Source: Marsupella aquatica (taxonomy: Eukaryota > Plantae > Marchantiophyta). Taken from it: a stretch of DNA of 64,000 nucleotides. The stretch's first letter is position 1; each line of letters opens with the position of its first letter. The notes below the pieces were generated by a model. It was given only the letters and a program-made list of their open reading frames with translations, did not search any database and had not been told where the DNA came from. Positions 59,681 to 64,000 of this stretch are shown here, piece after piece. The stretch lies in the NCBI GenBank assembly GCA_973895155.1, contig OZ316894.1, positions 8,394,234 through 8,458,233 of the forward strand, in the 5' to 3' direction. A program made the translations under genes and the position numbers.

Positions 59681-60474
59681 TAGTTTTACAATGTGAAGCC
59701 AAATGGGTTTTAATTATGTACATTTCTATCAATTGATTTTTTCAAACTTACAAACAATTAAAAAATACAAACATTTTGATATAAAACACTGATATATCTT
59801 TGACAAACATTAAAATGGTAACTTTGTTTTACTAAATGACATCTCTTCCTTTGTATTTTGGTTTTTTTACGTTTAATATTTACGGCATAGCGCCCCAAAA
59901 ATTATGTTGTTTTTGCCACAAACAGGAATGTGCATGTTTATTATTGTTAAAAGTAGGATCATTCCTGTTTGTGACTAGTTGTGATGATGTGGCGGGCAAC
60001 CTCATGGCAGAGAATTTGCAAGAGACCCCTAATGGGGGTCCATAATTATGGCTTAAAAACTCTTTTGACACATCTTAGGATGCTTACATGCATACCCACT
60101 AGTGCAAAAACAAGATCACAAAAATCACAAAACAATAATTGGTAAACTTAAAACACTATTGGTTTTAAGTGCAAACCATCACCATTTATTATCAATATTA
60201 TTTTGGTCTTCTTCGTCGATCTAAGAAATTGAAGACATGCATTTTTCCTTGTGACCACTGTGCACCATCATTCTCCGTCCTCTTTGTTAGCAAATGATCA
60301 ATCAAATACATTCATCAATCAGATCAAATGACTAGAGTAAGTTGTTGTTTTCTGTTAATTAAACGAATTAAATATAATTAATTTTTGATCTTTTATAATT
60401 TTAAAAGTAAGTAAAATGTTACAAGGGTTATTATTTTTCCTCCACTCTTTATTATTTGATATATTAATTTTCAA

Positions 60475-60751
60475 CTCAGGGGTCTCACTATATGGGGACC
60501 TCCCCATCACCTATGACGTTTTTAGGCCTCGGACCCCCTAAAATGTAAGAAAAAAATATTATTTTTTAACCCCTATAAAGTTGGAAAATTGGATTGAAAA
60601 GGCCCTAATGTTCTTATAAGTCTCAAAATTGAATTTAAAAGACCCTATTGTTCTTCTACAAAAATTCTTAAGTCTTCCCTTACAACCAATAAAATGACCC
60701 TATCCTTCGTCGCACGTGATATGCCATTTTTGTGGAAGTGAAACCCCCAAG
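60475..60751. mobile_element. 8-bp-TSD MITE (second family)
   Basis: CTCAGGGGTCTCACT...AGTGAAACCCCCAAG; TSD ATTTTCAA. Confidence 0.9.
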
Positions 60752-61531
60752 ATTTTCAATTCTCTTAATTTTTTACTTCTCTTGGACCACCAGTTGTAAA
60801 TATTTATGAGATTACCTGGGGCTACTTAGTTATTCTGAAATTTTTGTTCAATTATGTTGTAAAGTACAAGTGGAAACAAAATTCTTATCATTCTCCTAGT
60901 AATCATGGCAAGTGGTTCAAACAGACCAAAGACCATAAGTGTAGAATCATCATAGATGTTGGAGAGAAAGTTTATTTAGAGCAACCCCATGGGAGTATAA
61001 GCACTTATTTTCTTGCACAATGTAGATTTTGTAATCATCATTACCTTGAAATATTATTTTTTCTAAGTATTATAGACCTTTGCTTTCTTCACTGTGTAGA
61101 GATTGCGACTCTAATAAAGTTATGGTGGAACTCGGGTTGGAAAGGAGATTTAGTGTTGTTATATTCAATGTTTGGAGACTAATTGTTTGTGCTAGTGGAA
61201 GCTGGCATGAAGCTTGGCTCATGACTCTTTAGGTGTGTCTAGGAAAGATTTCATAGTGGGGTTTACGAGCTAAGACACTTCTTGTTGGGCAGGACAAATT
61301 ACCACACCAAAAGTTTAGTCCTTAAGCGGTATCTACTCTAAATGAGGCATAGACTTAGGTTACTTTGAGGTTTTGGGCAATGAGAAACTTGCAATCCGCA
61401 TTTATTTACATAACATACCGCTAAGTGCATATAACTATAATTTTTACGTATCTTCAGGTATGCATTGTGTTCCGCTGCCAAAACCTACCCATAGTTCATA
61501 GCCCATGATCAAGCCCCGCTTAAAGCGCCAC

Positions 61532-61817
61532 TGTTGGGGTATTGCTAAGTCTAGATTTATTCCCAACACCAACTTTGGTTCCCTATATTTGCCCCTCAAC
61601 CTGGACTCCAACCAGATCAACTGGGCACGCCACTAACTGGCTATGCCCATAACTTTCTAGTAAGACATCCGTAGGGGAAGTGCCCACAAGTCTCCCCATA
61701 CTTAGTCCCCACCCAATGGCCGTTCCGAAGGCCTGGACCATAGAGGAACTCTGCGTTGAAGTCAACAACGTCGGAGCTAAGTGGTAAGGTGGTCAAATTT
61801 TGTGACTATTCTTGACT
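61532..61817. mobile_element. Short degenerate LTR-like repeat related to 48853-56971
   Basis: Shares CCAACTTTGGT.CC, GCCAC.AACTGGC..GCCCATAACTTTCT and CCTGGACCATA..CGGAGCTAAGTG.TAAGGT blocks. Confidence 0.65.
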
Positions 61818-62712
61818 CTTGTATTGACCATTTCTTGACATGAATATTTGGCTTTTGGTTGGTAGACAAATTGAAAAGAGTTAAAAGTTACTTGACAATT
61901 TATAGCAAGCTCAACATTTTGACAACAATTCAAATAGATGTCTCCTTCCTTTATCTTCTCTCTTGGTGTTCAAGAAATGTGATTGCCAACTTGTAAGTGC
62001 AATAAGCTTGCATCAAACATTGACTCAGTCCAAGATTTCAACTCCCGTGCTTGATTTTCTCACTTGTAATTACTATTGATTTTATTATTTTTGAATCAAA
62101 TCATGTAGAATGTTCTACGTTACAACATTTTGATGGTATGTTGACACTTCAATAAGCCCAACACTAGATTAACATCACTTGAAGATAATTTTTTCATAAC
62201 CAGTTTCTATGATAATAAAAATACACAAAGATGGCCTAAATTATGAACTTGGCTTTGACTTAGTTGGCTTAATATGAAGTTGAAGCATTGTTTCATTTTT
62301 GAACTTACCTTCAGGACTCCATATAAGTTCAATTTTTAACCACATATTCCCCTAGCTTTAATTTTTTATCTCTCAGCAATTAAAGATCAGCTCAACTGGT
62401 TGAGTAGGGTGAAAATGAGCAAATTGCAGTCATTTGGCTTGATTTTGGATTCTTTACATAATGCTGTAACTTAGTCAATGTTTGGGTAAGATCGGGCTGT
62501 AGGCTAAGCGGGGGCAACATTTTATTTTTAGCTCACTATCAAAACTCTGTTTGAGCTCAAAGTCTAAAAACAGCTTTTGTTCAATGCCCTAATATTTTCT
62601 TAGCTCATTTGGTTGATTATGGAGAAAATGACAAATCACACAGATTTAGCTTGGCTTTGGCCCTGGCTTTGACTTTGACTAATCGGCTTTGGTAAATTTG
62701 GCTTAAGCTAGT

Positions 62713-64000
62713 GTCAACACCTTGCAATGGGGCTTAACTCTCCCTTAGAGTTAAATTCACCACTTATGCCCTTTCTTATTGTTGTCCGGGTTCCTAGGAC
62801 GGGCGAATAGTAGGACAGCAAGTCTATTCTCTTAGACTGACTCCCTTCTTCTCCACTCACACACCCAACTAGGTAGTTTTATTTCCACCGTTGGAAAGAT
62901 AACCTTGAAGGGTGGTTATCACTCCCTTGCTTCCCCACTAGGAAGCACTTACACTACCTCGCTCCCGATCTCAACATGGCAAGCAACCCCACAAGCTATC
63001 CCCACAGACTCTTGCTATGGTCAATATACCCAGAGTTCCCTCGATCCGCTTCCTTCACCGAGAGCTTCAGGTTCGTCACCTCCTATCGCAACAAGGCAAG
63101 TGATCGAGTCTGAGCTCACTCCCAGGCTTCAAGCTTCACCCCTCTGGTGTCGAATCATAACAACGTCGGCATACACACTCACTGGATTCACATACTCACT
63201 AGACAGTGCTTCAAGACTGAGGCTTCAACACGAGTCTTTACTACAAGGCATAGTACAAGTTCAGATCCCAACACCTTCCTTGACTCTCTCCTTGCCTCCT
63301 ACCTAGTGGACTAGCTCACTATCCACCCTCCCAAGTACCTCAAACCAATGTTGCTGCCCTCTGAAAGTGAGAACCTCAGCCTCCAAGCTTTCAACCTTAC
63401 AAGAGAGGGTAGGAATGAACAAGTGAGGAGGCAGCTACCTGCTTCTCCCCTTTATTCAACACCCCAGGGCTCCAAACCAACCCAAGCCTAGGGTGCTAAC
63501 TTAGGTTAGTGGTTACCTTAACCCAAGTGTAACTACTTTCCGCTAAAGTTAACTAGGGTTAAGTTTCTACTTTTACTGCAGGTCAATTCAACTGCCACCA
63601 GTATTCTGGCTTTTACACAGGACATGAACAGCAGCAACCTCTAGGTGACATGAGTAATCAGGTAGCCCCTTGGTAACCCTTACAACCACCCAAGTTACAA
63701 CTCTCCATAAAATAACATTTCTCATAAAAAAAACTCTAAGTTTGGCCTACAACTGTGTGTCCGTACGCCACTGAATTCTGGGTTACCGCTGAGTCTCGGG
63801 TTTTGCCACTGAAACTCGGCTTACCACTGAAGTACAGGTCGCCATTTCCACAGTTCTAGGCTTAGTACTCAAAGAGTACTTCCGCTAGAAATGACCCTGG
63901 CAGACCGTTGGTGATACAACTAAGGTTATAGCAGCTTGTAAACTAAACTTAATGACTGTAACCCAGCTCACCAGCAGTACTATAACTAATTCTCATCTCC
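62713..64000. mobile_element. Possible long LTR running off the window end
   Basis: Abrupt compositional change starting at TGTCAACACC; C-rich LTR-like texture with short internal repeats. No partner or coding domain visible. Confidence 0.35.

Noticed and set aside
62905-63306. 133-aa ORF
   Set aside because: Non-ATG start, Ser/Pro/Thr-rich, inside an LTR-like non-coding repeat.

Overview
This is eukaryotic land-plant genomic DNA with GT-AG introns. The multi-intron UGTs hint at a non-seed plant, but that is inference only. Genes: a tandem pair of 4-exon family-1 UDP-glycosyltransferases (copy 1 cut by the window start), a 12-exon SART-1/SNU66/DOT2-like splicing factor, a 10-exon APD-like membrane RING E3 ligase, a decayed cytochrome P450 pseudogene and an intronless double-Dabb gene. 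The remainder is densely nested mobile DNA: a full-length but mutated Tnt1/Tork-like Ty1/copia element, an internally deleted relative, solo LTRs, at least eight MITEs with C(C/T)YRGGG termini and 8-bp TSDs, TA-flanked CACT-ended elements carrying an internal ~183-bp satellite, and foldback elements. The most notable observations are: (1) the SART-1 N-terminus was rebuilt from a copy of its own intron-1/exon-2 junction; (2) one solo LTR is a U3 versus R-U5 chimera of two families present in the window; (3) a spaced dyad module recurs in unrelated elements; (4) a multi-level insertion nest has empty-site homologues inside the same window. All alignments were made by eye, so coordinates may be off by a few bases and family names need database confirmation. 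I found no clearly new protein-coding system.
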